Shown here: positions 48,192 through 58,351 of the stretch, in pieces
Position numbering within the stretch: the first letter of the stretch is position 1
Layout of the letters: each line of letters opens with the position of its first letter
From: an uncultured delta proteobacterium
Lineage (GTDB): Bacteria; Desulfobacterota; RBG-13-43-22
DNA length: 64,000 bases
Assembly (NCBI GenBank): GCA_963711835.1
Contig: CAVQFQ010000015.1
Span: 1 to 64,000, forward strand
Direction: 5' to 3'
Notes under the pieces: generated by a model
Databases searched by the model: none
Seen by the model: the letters and a program-made list of their open reading frames with translations, nothing else
What the model was told of the DNA's origin: nothing
Made by a program: the position numbers and the translations under genes

Positions 48192-49313
48192 ATGCTCACC
48201 AAAAATGAAATCATTGAAAAAGCGTACGAGTTGGGTTTCGGGGATGTGGGCTTCACCGGCGCCGAACCTTTTGAAAGCCAAAAGGAGATCCTGCTTCAGC
48301 GCCAGCAAGGAATATGCCTGGGCTTTTAAGACCGGCCTGGATCTCATGGCCGGTACGGACCCCAAAAACATCCTGCCCGAGGCCAGGACCATCATCGTCC
48401 TGATGGAGGTCTATTTCAAAGAGGCCTATCCCCTTCTGCCTTGGAGCGTCACTTCGGACGCTGCTACCTGGATGACGACCGCATCCGGCAAGACCGTCTG
48501 GCCGCCAGGATCAAGGCCTTTCGGGCTTTTCTCCGGGATCACGGCATTCAAAACAAGGTGCCTTTCCACCTGCCGCACCGGCTGGCCGCGGCCCGGGCCG
48601 GCCTGGGCACCTTCGGCAAGAACTGCCTTTTTTATTCCAGCAAGGTTGTTGCCAAAGGATCCTGGGTCCTGCCGATTGCCGTCGTGGTGGACCGGGCCTT
48701 CGAACCCGACGAACCCACCCTGGAAGTCGGCTGTCCGGACTGGTGCCGAAACACCTGTCTGGCGGCCTGCCCAACCGGCGCTCTGAAGGGGCCGCGGCAT
48801 ATCGATCCCTATAAATGTATCTCGTTTCTGACCTATTTCGGCCAGGGCCTCACCCCAACGGAACTTCGGGAGCCCATGGGTCTCTGGGTCTACGGCTGCG
48901 ACCGCTGCCAGAATGTCTGTCCTCGCAACGCCCCCTGGCTGGCCAGGGAGCTACCAGTGAACCAGAAGGTGGCGGCCATGATCGATGACTTCAGGCTTGA
49001 AAAGCTGCTCCACATGGATGCCCCCTATTTCAACGAGCGGATTTGGCCCCACATGTTCTATATGTCCGATAAGGACCTCTGGCGCTGGAGGATGAATGTG
49101 GCCCGGGCCATGGGAAACACCCTGGATGACCGCTATGTCCCGGAGCTGGCCAGGGCTTTTAAGGAGAACGGCGACGAAAGGGTGTCGGCCATGATCGCCT
49201 GGGCCCTGGGCCGCATCGGCGGGCCGGAGGCGAAAAAGGTATTAAATCAGGTTTTACTTAAAAGCGAGGGATTGGTCAGGGAAGAGGTAGTAGCCGCCCT
49301 GGAGAAAGGCTGA
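48192..49313 (+). CDS. queG: Epoxyqueuosine reductase QueG-like protein (two frameshifts near 48309 and 48435)
   Basis: ELGFGDVGFT, AARAGLGTFGKN, GSWV, C..WC..TC..ACPTGAL, CISFLT, YGCDRCQNVCP, HEAT tail. Confidence 0.75.
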
Positions 49314-49323
49314 TAAGGTAAAT

Positions 49324-49533
49324 TTGACAAGTTCGTAAAAAGTCGTCATTACCGCGCAGGCGGGAATCCAGGCCATGCGTAACTAATTAAAAATACTGGA
49401 TTCCCGTTTTCACGGGAATGACAAAAATGGGCTTTCAGCGACTTTTTACGAATCCATCAAATTTGAAACAGAATTATTTTAAAATTTGGTCCTTTGAATT
49501 TGTTTCGGGTTTCGATATTCGGATTTCGGATTT
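49324..49533. repeat. REP-like doublet inside TCGTAAAAAGTC...GACTTTTTACGA outer repeats, followed by a heptamer repeat
   Basis: Located between convergent genes; same families as 22972 and 9672. Confidence 0.8.
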
Positions 49534-51119
49534 TAAATCTTTGAAGGTCTCTTCCCAACCGCAATACTTCTTTCTCAGCTTCGGTTTCTCGATCTTGCCG
49601 GTTGGGCTTCTGGGGACCTGGCCGAAAAACACCTTGCCTGGCCGCTTGTAGCGGGGGAGTTTTTCACAATAAGTCAGTAGCTCTTCCTCAGTCAGGCTCA
49701 TGCCGGGTATCAGGTCAATGACTACGGCCACGACTTCACTCAGGCGCTCATCCGGATAGCCGATGGCCGCCGCATCATTGACAGCCGGATGGGTGTGGAG
49801 GAAATCCTCCACTTCAACCGGAAAGACATTCTCCCCTCCGGTGATGACGATATCTTTTTTCCGGTCCACCAGATAGATGAAACCCTCCTCATCCTGACGG
49901 GCAATATCACCGGTGTGAAGCCATCCGCCTTTTAGGGTTTTTTCCGTCAGTTCGGGATTCTTGTAATACCCTCGCATCACCCCGTCGCCGCGGACCAGGA
50001 GTTCCCCTGGCTCCCCTCGCACAACATCCCGGTCCTCTTCATCAACAATCCGTGTTTCCCAGTTAAAGCCGGCCTGGCCGATGGCACCTACCTTGTGGGT
50101 GTTTTCCATTCCCAGATGGACGCAGTTAGGCCCGGCTGCCCTCACTTAAGCCATAGGTGGTGTCATAGTCCATCCTCGGGAAATAACGCTTCCAGTGCCG
50201 GATCAGGGACGGTCGGAATGGGCATGGCCCCCATGTGCATCAACCGCCACTGGGAAAGTTCATATCGAGCCGGTTGCAGTGCCCCGCTGTCTAATTTAAC
50301 CAGTATGTCCTGGACCCAGGGGACCAGGAGCCAGACAATGGTGCCTTTCTCTTCACTGACTGCCTCGAATATCCATTCAGGGGACACACCTTTGAGTATC
50401 ACCGCCGGCCCCCCGACGATCAGACTTCCAAACCAGTGCATCTTGGCCCCGGTGTGGTAAAGGGGCGGGATGAGTATGAAGTTGTCTCGGTGCGTCTGGC
50501 CATGGTGCCTGTTCTCAACGATAGCGGCACAGACCATATTTTTGTGGGTCAGCAGGATGGGTTTGGGCTGGCCGGTCGTACCGGAGGTGAAATATAGACC
50601 GCAGGGATCCTCCGGCCCGATCTCAAGGGGAACAGGCGCCTCCGATGAATGGCTAAGGGCCTCGGCCAGGGAAACGGCATACGCCGGGATTTCCTTGCCG
50701 GCGCAGATAAAGGACTCCATGCAAGGCAGCTCATTCCGGATGGTCATTGATTCTTTCCGTGAATTCCTCGCCGAAGAAGAGGAGCCTTCGGTTCAGCCAT
50801 TTCGGCGCAGTACTTGATATCCTCGCTGGTAAAACCGAAAATTAAGCGGGACCACCCAGGCCCCGGTGCGGACGATGCCAAAGTAGGTAATCAGCCAGTC
50901 AATCGAGTTGTGCATCAGGTGCATGACCTTATCACCCTTTTGGATACCCTTTGCACGGAGAAAATTGGCAATACGGTTGGCCTTTCGATCGAATTCCTTC
51001 CAGGTTATCTCTACCCGTCTCTTTTCCGCAGGGTTCCGTTCCACCAGGGCGATCTCATCCGGATACAGGCGCCCGTTTCGGGCCAGCATTTCACCAATGT
51101 GGATATAAATATCAGCCAT
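49474..51119 (-). CDS. AMP-forming acyl-CoA synthetase (split over three ORFs by indels)
   Basis: VPLNFR, YFTSGTTGQPK, PLYHTGA, GWLHTGD, VDRKKD..TGGEN, PTGKIEK. Confidence 0.87.
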
Positions 51120-51123
51120 AAGT

Positions 51124-51640
51124 TTATAAACCTCGGCCCTTCGCATCTGCAGCGAGGCGTTCTTTCAACCAGACTTTCTCAGCTATCATGGCCTCCGCTC
51201 GGTTGGATGGACCGAAGTAGATGCAATGGGCCAAACAGACATTATCCGCACAGGCCGGGATCAGCCCCTGGTCAAGGCGGTGATGGCAGAGGTTGCACTT
51301 TCGGGCCTTTCCGGCCGGGTCGTCAAAGGCTATCGCATCATAAGGGCAGGCCTCGATACACAGGCCGCAGCCGGTACAGGCTTCTTCATCTAGGATAACA
51401 AGGCCATCCTCGCGCTTGGCGATCGCTTCAACCGGACAGGCCTCAACACACTCAGGCAGGTCGCAGTGGCGGCAGAGGTTGACCTGATAAACAAACTCGA
51501 GTTTCCCCTCGACCATCTTCGGCCCGGATTCGGTGACAGAGATAAACTTGATTCCGTCAGGGGCCTGATTTTCCTGCTTGCAGGCCACCTCGCAGGTCTT
51601 GCAACCCCAGCAGGCCAGGTTATCAACAACCAGTACGTAT
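51124..51640 (-). CDS. DmsB/NrfC-type 4Fe-4S subunit (start codon lost after the RBS, probably an error)
   Basis: YVLVVDNLACWGCKTCEVACKQE, CRHC..PECVEACP, CTGCGLCIEACP, KCNLC..PAC..C. Confidence 0.85.
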
Positions 51641-51665
51641 TATCTCCTTAGTTCGGATGACCTCT

Positions 51666-51824
51666 ATTTTTGCCACGGACAAAGACTGGACAGGGTGGCG
51701 GCGACCTGCCGCCACCCTAACTGTCAGGTCCTTTGCGCCTTTGTATCTGAGCGTGACTAAATAACTCCTCCGGGTATTCCGCTGGGCATAATCGCTGGTG
51801 TCCGTGTGTGTCGGTGGCAAAAAA
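51666..51824. mobile_element. MITE-like element (inverted homologue of 12273-12456)
   Basis: TTTTTGCCACGGAC...GTCGGTGGCAAAAA ends. Confidence 0.65.
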
Positions 51825-51825
51825 T

Positions 51826-53973
51826 TTATTTTTCCTCCGGATAGATCCTGCACAGGAGCGTTCTGATGCTGGTTGCTCCTATGGCCGGATCCATGGTTTC
51901 ATAGGCATTGTCGGTCAGGATATTAATATTCGATTCATCCCAGCCATGGCCGGGATCTTTATTCTCGGGAAACCACCAGCCATGTTGGGCGGCCACTATC
52001 CGCGGGTCCATGCCGGCAAACAGACGGGCCCGTTGTCTGACTTTTCCCCGCCGGGATTCGATGATGACCCAGTCGCCCTCAACAATCCCTTCCCTGGCCG
52101 CGGCATCAGGATGGATTTCCAACACCGGATCCGGGTGAAGCTCCCTGAGCCAGGGCACCTGACGGTTTTCTGTATGAAAGAACCCAGGCTGCCTGGCTCC
52201 GGTGATCAGGATGTACGGGTATTCCTGAAAAAGCTCCGGCGTGCTGGCCGGGCTCTCGGGAGGTTCCCGGAACTGGGGCAAAGGGTCACAGCCCATCTTT
52301 TCGAGACTGGTGCAGTAGAGCTCAAATTTCCGGGTAGGCGTGGAAAACCCCGTTTCCTTGTACTTCTGATATTTGACCTCCCCCCGGATACAGTCCATTT
52401 TTTTGAATTCCTGCCAGGTGAGGCCCATGGGTTTCAGGATGTAATCGAGACCGCCCTCAAAGGTATCCCACCACATCTCCCCCTGGCCGATGCGATGGGC
52501 CAAGTCGTTGAGCATCTCATGGTCCGACCGGCACTCCCCGATCTGGGCCACTTTACGGCGCGGCAGGAGGCGGCCGTGGCGCTTCCAGAAATCGCCGATG
52601 TAGTCCATCTCCAGCCAGGTGGCGGCCGGCAGTACAATGTCAGCCAGTTCCGCCGTGGGGGTCATAAAAAAATCGGCCACGGCCATGAAGTCCACCTTCT
52701 CCAGGGCACTGTAAACCTCCCGGGCATTGGCCCGTGTTATAAGAGGGTTGGAGCTGATGAAAAAGAGCATCTTCACCGGGTAAGGCTCCTCGGTCAGAAT
52801 GGCATCCCAGACCGCCTTGGGCTGGATGATGGCAAATCGGCCGGCAAGCCGGAAACGGTCCCCGCCCAATCGTTTTTCGGCCTGCTCCGGCGGCAGCATG
52901 CCGTGAGCCCCGAACTTGCCTACATTATGAATGGGAGGGGTCTTAAAGAGGACCTGGCCGCCGGGCACATCGATGTTTCCGGTGATGCCCATGAGGCACA
53001 TCAGGACCCGGTCGTTATCGGCGCAGGTGTTCTGCTGTTCGATGGCCACTCCCCACTGGATAGCCGCCGGTTTGGTGTTGGCAAAGAGGCGAGCCGCTTG
53101 CTGAATTTTTTCTCGGGGAATCCAGGTAATCTGTTCGACTTTCTCAAGAGGATATTCGTTTACCCGTTTTACGAACTCCTCCCAGCCATGGGTGTAATGT
53201 TCCACGAATTCCCGGTCATAAAGTCCTTCGTTGACGATGACATTGGCCAGGCCCAGGGCCAGGGCCGTATCCGTCCCCGGCCGGAGCGGCAGCCAGAGGT
53301 CGGCCCGGGCCGCAGCTCGGGTCAGCCGGGGATCCACCACAATCAGTTTCGCGCCCGCATCCAGAGCCACTGAAAAGGGCTCACCCTTGTAGCAGTCGGG
53401 GTTGCTGATGACGACGTTGTTCCCCCACATCATGAGACATCGGGGATGATTTTCGTAGTCCACAATCGGGTTGGTACCGCAGGTGAGGATACTTGTGGCG
53501 ATCCGCGGGCCATAGCAGAAATGGCCGGCAGTAAGCACATTCGGGGAGCCGAGCAGGTTGGCGATGCGGTAGATGACCGCCTCGTTCTCGCGGCCGGTCC
53601 CATAGCCAAAGACAATGGACTCGGCGCCGTATCTTTCTTTATAGGCCAAGATGCGCTCGGCGATCGTGTCGAGGGCCTCATCCCAGGAGATGCGCTCCCA
53701 TTTACCGCTGGCCTTGGGGCCGACCCGTCTCACCGGGAAGGTGAGCCGGTCGGGGTGGTAAACGAGTTGGGTGGAGGCCAGACCCTTGCTGCACAGGGTC
53801 CCGTGATTGATGGGGCAATCCGGGTCGCCGGCTATCTTGGCGATCCTGCCGTCCTTGACATAGACCAGGACCCCGCAGCCGCCGTGACAATTGCGGCAGT
53901 GGCTCCTGACCATGGAATCATACCCGTAAACCTCCATTTCCCGCTCGACATTCGAAACCTGGAACTCAACCAT
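51826..53973 (-). CDS. Cytoplasmic Mo/W-bisPGD oxidoreductase, acetylene-hydratase-like clade
   Basis: CRNCHGGC-x25-C, WERISWDEALD, LLGSPN..AGHFC, PGTDTA, EEPYPVK, TAELADIVLP; no Tat signal. Confidence 0.85.
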   Translation of the reverse strand: MVEFQVSNVEREMEVYGYDSMVRSHCRNCHGGCGVLVYVKDGRIAKIAGDPDCPINHGTLCSKGLASTQLVYHPDRLTFPVRRVGPKASGKWERISWDEALDTIAERILAYKERYGAESIVFGYGTGRENEAVIYRIANLLGSPNVLTAGHFCYGPRIATSILTCGTNPIVDYENHPRCLMMWGNNVVISNPDCYKGEPFSVALDAGAKLIVVDPRLTRAAARADLWLPLRPGTDTALALGLANVIVNEGLYDREFVEHYTHGWEEFVKRVNEYPLEKVEQITWIPREKIQQAARLFANTKPAAIQWGVAIEQQNTCADNDRVLMCLMGITGNIDVPGGQVLFKTPPIHNVGKFGAHGMLPPEQAEKRLGGDRFRLAGRFAIIQPKAVWDAILTEEPYPVKMLFFISSNPLITRANAREVYSALEKVDFMAVADFFMTPTAELADIVLPAATWLEMDYIGDFWKRHGRLLPRRKVAQIGECRSDHEMLNDLAHRIGQGEMWWDTFEGGLDYILKPMGLTWQEFKKMDCIRGEVKYQKYKETGFSTPTRKFELYCTSLEKMGCDPLPQFREPPESPASTPELFQEYPYILITGARQPGFFHTENRQVPWLRELHPDPVLEIHPDAAAREGIVEGDWVIIESRRGKVRQRARLFAGMDPRIVAAQHGWWFPENKDPGHGWDESNINILTDNAYETMDPAIGATSIRTLLCRIYPEEK

Positions 53974-54080
53974 TAAACCCCCCAATGCGGCTCATAGCCG
54001 CAAGCAAAGTTTGGCTTTCGTATAATCCTTTATAGAGGATATTTTTGGTTATGGCTAATCCTTTCATCAACGCCGAATGC

Positions 54081-54150
54081 CTCTTCAGCCAGGTTGACCT
54101 CTTCAGGGATTCTGGCTAATAAACCAATCAGGCTTTTAGAATCCCTGAAA
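54081..54150 (+). repeat. 70-bp direct repeat, copy 1
   Basis: Aligns colinearly with 55086-55155. Confidence 0.8.
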
Positions 54151-54226
54151 AAAAATTTCTATTGAACCGGGAGAAAAAGACTTAAAATGAACCTTCGAGG
54201 TTTGATCCTGATTGCGAATAGACCGG

Positions 54227-54274
54227 AAAAAAAATGGGGCCAGGCCATATCCACTCATGGATGACCTGACCCCA
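54227..54274 (-). terminator. Terminator of the cysteine hydrolase gene
   Basis: TGGGGTCAGG...CCTGGCCCCA stem followed by T8 on the minus strand. Confidence 0.6.
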
Positions 54275-54339
54275 ACACCTATAGTGATTTGGCAGATCAA
54301 ACTCCCTGGTTTACCCTGAGAATTAGGGACGGCCTCTCC

Positions 54340-54939
54340 TTAGGGCTCCAACTGGCCGATAAACTCTTCCACGGTCAGCGTCTGTCCCAGCAGCGGGAAG
54401 ATCTTTTCTTCGGCGTACTTCTGCTCCTCAGGGCTGGTGGCTGCAGTAGCATCCTTGATGACCGTTACGGCATACCCTTTGTCGTAGGCGGTACGGGAGG
54501 TACTCTCTACACAGAAATTGGTCAGGAAGCCGGCGATAGCCACGTTTTTGACCTTGGCACCCTGGAGCAACTCTCCCAGGTCGGTGTTGTTGAAGCCGCA
54601 GAGGGTGCACTTCCCGCTGACGACCTTGTCGCCCGCCGCGGGCTTTAACTCGTCGATAATCGCCGCGCCCCAGGTCCCCTCGCGAAAGGCGTTGCCGTCG
54701 GCCACGGCCTTGACGATACCCTTCATCTCATGCTCACTGCAATACTGCGGGTTAAAAACAAAGGGGGCATAGATCACTACAGCCCCTTTCTGCCGGGCCC
54801 CCTCAGCCAGTTTGACGGCGTTGGGTATCGTCCCCTGGCGGGCGATCTCATCCTTAACCCCGCCATAGAGCTTGCCGCCCTCTTTGCAGAACTCGTTTTG
54901 AAATTCAATCAGAATCACGGCGGTTTCTTTTGCCTTCAT
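54340..54939 (-). CDS. Isochorismatase-family cysteine hydrolase
   Basis: LIEFQNEF, GK, AGFLTNFCVESTSRTAYDKGY. Confidence 0.9.
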   Translation of the reverse strand: MKAKETAVILIEFQNEFCKEGGKLYGGVKDEIARQGTIPNAVKLAEGARQKGAVVIYAPFVFNPQYCSEHEMKGIVKAVADGNAFREGTWGAAIIDELKPAAGDKVVSGKCTLCGFNNTDLGELLQGAKVKNVAIAGFLTNFCVESTSRTAYDKGYAVTVIKDATAATSPEEQKYAEEKIFPLLGQTLTVEEFIGQLEP

Positions 54940-55085
54940 GAGAATGCCTCCTTTCTGAAGCTATCCGGCCTGTAGGCCTATGATAAGTTTGTTTTCCATT
55001 TGACGGTTATCTTCCCCAATGATAGGGAACTTTTTTATCACAGTATTATAAGACGAAAAATGAAAAAGGGTCAAGTCGAAAGGAC

Positions 55086-55155
55086 CTCTCCAGCCAGGTT
55101 GACTTCTTCGAGGATTCTGGATAATAAACTAACCAGGCTTTTAGATTTCCTGAAA
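55086..55155 (+). repeat. 70-bp direct repeat, copy 2 (promoter-like)
   Basis: Contains TTGACT...GATAAT; lies upstream of the nitronate monooxygenase-like gene. Confidence 0.8.
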
Positions 55156-55298
55156 CCTGACCGGGAAGAAGTTGCTGAGTGAACTTATACCATTGATTCT
55201 TTCCAGGGGATAATCGACCTCTCCCTTTTTCTAAATTAAAATTGTCATGTCTCCGGATTAATGGTATTAAAATTTATAAATTAATTTTGGGAGGTCTT

Positions 55299-56453
55299 AT
55301 GGGTAAACGGGTATTGAGAACCAAACTTTGTGATTTGTTGGGTATAGAATATCCCATCTTGAGCGCCGGCATGGGTCCCACCCTTATTGGGGAACGCACC
55401 GGCGCGCCGGTAGAACTGGTGGTGGCTGTTTCGGAAGCAGGAGGACTGGGAGTCCTGGGCGGCAGCGGCTTCACCGTGGACGAATTGCGGGAGGCCATCC
55501 GGGAAATCAGGGCCAAAACGGACAAGCCCTTCGGGGTGGACCTTCTCCTGCCCCAAAAGCTGGATCTGGGCGGCGGTCTGGGGCAGGAGGGGATCAAAGG
55601 TTTACCCCTCAGCCAGATATTAAGAACTCTTCCCAAGCCCCATCAGGACTGGATCGAGAAGATCAGGCGGGAGATGGCCATCCCCGAAGCCGAGATCATG
55701 GTCAGGATGGACACCACCACCATGCGCCCCTTAGAGGCGGTCAAGGTCTGTATCGAGGAAAAGGTCCCCCTGTTTTGCGCAGGCCTGGGAAATCCCGGTT
55801 TTATGGTAGAGGAGGCCCATGCCCAGGGCATCAAGGTCCTGGCCATCACCGGAAATGTAAAGAACGCCCGGCGCATGGCCCAGTCCGGGATTGACCTGCT
55901 GGTGGCCCAAGGGCACGAAGGAGGAGGCCACACCGGACGTATCGGCACCATGGCCCTCCTGCCTCAGGTCATCGATGCCGCCTCACCAGTGCCGGTCCTG
56001 GCAGCCGGCGGCATCGGCGACGGCCGCGGGATAGCAGCCGCCTTGGCCATGGGTTGTGTCGGGGTCTGGGTGGGCACCCGCTTCCTGGCCACGAATGAAG
56101 GAGGGGCCCTGGAGGTGAACAAGCGGCGTATCATCGAATCCACGGATGAAGACACCCGGGTCAGCCGGGCCTATACCGGAAAGACCTTGCGGGCCAGCTA
56201 TAACAAGTTCCACGACCTCTGGGACAACTCCGGGCTGGAGCCCCTGCCCTTCCCTACCCAGGTGCTCATCTCCTCGGCCCTGCTGTCCAGTTTCATCGGA
56301 GGTAATAAGGACGAATACGTCGGTGGTCTAGCCGGCCAGATCTCTGGCCTGATCAAGGAGATCAAGCCTGCCCGCCAGGTCCTGGAAGAAATGGTGGAGG
56401 AGACGGTGGAGATCCTTACCCGGAGACTGCCGGAAAATGTAATCGCAAAATAA
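55299..56453 (+). CDS. Nitronate monooxygenase / FabK-like flavin enzyme
   Basis: LGIEYPI, VSEAGGLG, QGHEGGGHTG, AAGGIGDGRG, VWVGTRF. Confidence 0.9.
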   Translation: MGKRVLRTKLCDLLGIEYPILSAGMGPTLIGERTGAPVELVVAVSEAGGLGVLGGSGFTVDELREAIREIRAKTDKPFGVDLLLPQKLDLGGGLGQEGIKGLPLSQILRTLPKPHQDWIEKIRREMAIPEAEIMVRMDTTTMRPLEAVKVCIEEKVPLFCAGLGNPGFMVEEAHAQGIKVLAITGNVKNARRMAQSGIDLLVAQGHEGGGHTGRIGTMALLPQVIDAASPVPVLAAGGIGDGRGIAAALAMGCVGVWVGTRFLATNEGGALEVNKRRIIESTDEDTRVSRAYTGKTLRASYNKFHDLWDNSGLEPLPFPTQVLISSALLSSFIGGNKDEYVGGLAGQISGLIKEIKPARQVLEEMVEETVEILTRRLPENVIAK

Positions 56454-56488
56454 GTTCTGCGGAGAAAAGGAAAAGAAAGGAGATTATT

Positions 56489-56809
56489 ATGAAGCTCTTA
56501 AAAACAGGATCAATTTTATTGTTTATTCTTTTAGTGGGGCTGTTTCTCTGGGGTTGCGGTTCTTCAAGTTCGGGGGGACGCTCGGAAAAAACCGTGACCT
56601 ATACCGTCAACGGTTCTGATATTGTTCATAATGCTGATAATGACTACCAATATACGGTACCCACCCAGGGCACCGAATACCGGGTTCTGACCTGGGAGTG
56701 CGGGAATTATAAAACCTATACCAAGAAGAAGGTGGTCTTGACCTTCAAAAAAACCAGTGGCATCTGGGTGCTGGATGGGGAAAATATTTCTTCCGGGAAT
56801 TGTGATTAA
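56489..56809 (+). CDS. Small lipoprotein
   Basis: RBS; lipobox LWGC; two further Cys. Confidence 0.75.
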   Translation: MKLLKTGSILLFILLVGLFLWGCGSSSSGGRSEKTVTYTVNGSDIVHNADNDYQYTVPTQGTEYRVLTWECGNYKTYTKKKVVLTFKKTSGIWVLDGENISSGNCD

Positions 56810-56812
56810 TTT

Positions 56813-57075
56813 ACCTCGAGGTTGTAAAAGTTTCGGAGGTTGCAGGTCCGAGACGTCCAGGGCGACGCTGTATACGCATACTGCGAGCCCTGGACAATCC
56901 CGCCGCGGCGGGACGGCCTCCCAGACTTTCCCGAAGGGTAAAAATTGATCGATAATTTTTTGAATGCCGAACCTCACCCAGAGTGAATTTTGGCCCCAAT
57001 GCCAAAATCGTCAGAATAAACTGTTTTGCTCGATAAAAAACTCTTTCTCGATCAATTTTTATGCGACTTTGAGGC
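56813..57075. repeat. Composite palindromic (MITE-like) intergenic element
   Basis: CCTCGAGGTTGTAAAA...TTTATGCGACTTTGAGG ends; AAAAATTGATCGA/TCGATCAATTTTT; GTCCAGGGC/GCCCTGGAC. Confidence 0.55.
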
Positions 57076-57137
57076 CACCCTCGGGTACGATTAACGCATC
57101 CCCGACACCTGCCTGTTAAAAAAAGAAAGGATTCATC

Positions 57138-58214
57138 ATGTCGGAATTATTTGAGCGATTGAGACAACGGCTGGACGACCTGGGACCGGGTTTTCCCGTT
57201 TCAGAAAGCCGGGTGGAGATGAAAATTCTCAAGAAACTGTTTACCGAAGAGGAGGCTGAATTGTTTCTTAACCTCCCCCCTCTGCTGGAAGACCCGAACG
57301 ATACGGCCCGAAGGCTGGGCCGGGACCCTGTTCAGACCGCCGATCTCATGGAAAAGATGGCTAAAAAAGGCCTGCTATTCCGCACCAGGAAAGGCGAGCT
57401 GGTCCGTTATGCCGCCATTCCCTATGTGGTGGGTATCTTTGAGTTCCAGGTCAACAGAATGGATAAGGAGTTCGCCCGGGATATGGAGGAATACATGCAG
57501 GAGTCCTTCGATCGAACCATCGAGTCCTATAAGACGCCGATTCTTCGAACCATCCCGATCCAGAAGGATTTGGTCGCCGAGTGGCCGGTCGCCCCTTACG
57601 AGGATGTATTGGCCATCATCGACCAGCAGGAAACCATCGCCCTCTGCCCCTGCATCTGCCGGACCCTGTCCACTTTGAATGACCGGAAGTGCGACAAACC
57701 CCTGGAAGTCTGCTTTTCCTTTGGGTCCCACGCCCACTACTATGTCGAAAACCATATGGGCCGCTACATCACCAGGGAGGAAGCCAGGGAGGTCGTCAGG
57801 CAAAACGAAAAGGCCGGGCTGGTCATGCAGCCCTTCAATTCCCAGAAGGTGGGTGGGATGTGCAGTTGCTGCGGGGACTGCTGCGGTATGCTCCGGTCTT
57901 TGAAGAAACAGCCCAGACCGGCGGAGTTTGTCCAGAGTAATTATTTTGCCGCTGTAAATAGTGAGGAATGCATCGGCTGCCAGACCTGCCTGGACCGCTG
58001 CCAGATGGACGCCATCGAAATGGTCGATGACCAGGCCTCCATTTTGCTTGAGCGTTGTATCGGCTGCGGGCTGTGCGTCACCACCTGCCCCCAGGAGGCC
58101 ATGAAGCTGATTAAAAAACCGGAAGACCGGCTCTACCAGCCCCCCCAATCCGGCGCCGAGACCTATATGCGCATCGCTATGGAACGGGGCAAAAACCTGA
58201 TGCCCAGCATATAA
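57138..58214 (+). CDS. Multi-cluster 4Fe-4S binding protein
   Basis: CPCICR, CSCCGDCCG, two CxxCxxCxxxC motifs. Confidence 0.87.
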   Translation: MSELFERLRQRLDDLGPGFPVSESRVEMKILKKLFTEEEAELFLNLPPLLEDPNDTARRLGRDPVQTADLMEKMAKKGLLFRTRKGELVRYAAIPYVVGIFEFQVNRMDKEFARDMEEYMQESFDRTIESYKTPILRTIPIQKDLVAEWPVAPYEDVLAIIDQQETIALCPCICRTLSTLNDRKCDKPLEVCFSFGSHAHYYVENHMGRYITREEAREVVRQNEKAGLVMQPFNSQKVGGMCSCCGDCCGMLRSLKKQPRPAEFVQSNYFAAVNSEECIGCQTCLDRCQMDAIEMVDDQASILLERCIGCGLCVTTCPQEAMKLIKKPEDRLYQPPQSGAETYMRIAMERGKNLMPSI

Positions 58215-58262
58215 AAAAACAAGGGGCACATCTTCATGATCGCCATTGAAGATGTGCCCCTC
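58131..58262 (+). repeat. ~130-bp direct repeat (gene 3' end plus terminator), copy 1
   Basis: Aligns with 60884-61014. Confidence 0.9.
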
Positions 58263-58351
58263 CTCTTTTAAAAATCCACAACCAACGTCAAGAAAATAAA
58301 ACCCACTTATCACTTACAGGTTAAAGGTTAGGGTAATGAAAGGAGGCAGTC

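Noticed and set aside
9672-49533. CRISPR array from the short periodic repeats
   Set aside because: Units are 7-8 nt, degenerate and lack unique spacers; no cas genes
10732-51640. Programmed frameshifting or mass pseudogenisation (rSAM, queG-like, CoA ligase, Fe-S subunit, permease; also ACAD at 181)
   Set aside because: The indels are clustered, mostly single-base insertions without slippery sites or accompanying decay, which best fits long-read consensus error; read polishing would settle it
51826-53973. Bona fide acetylene hydratase
   Set aside because: The catalytic Asp13 position is His and a redox Fe-S partner is encoded
215-58313. Long antisense ORFs (e.g. 215..1195, 51808..53373, 57375..58313, 25703..26515)
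   Set aside because: Shadows of GC-rich genes on the opposite strand with no recognisable motifs
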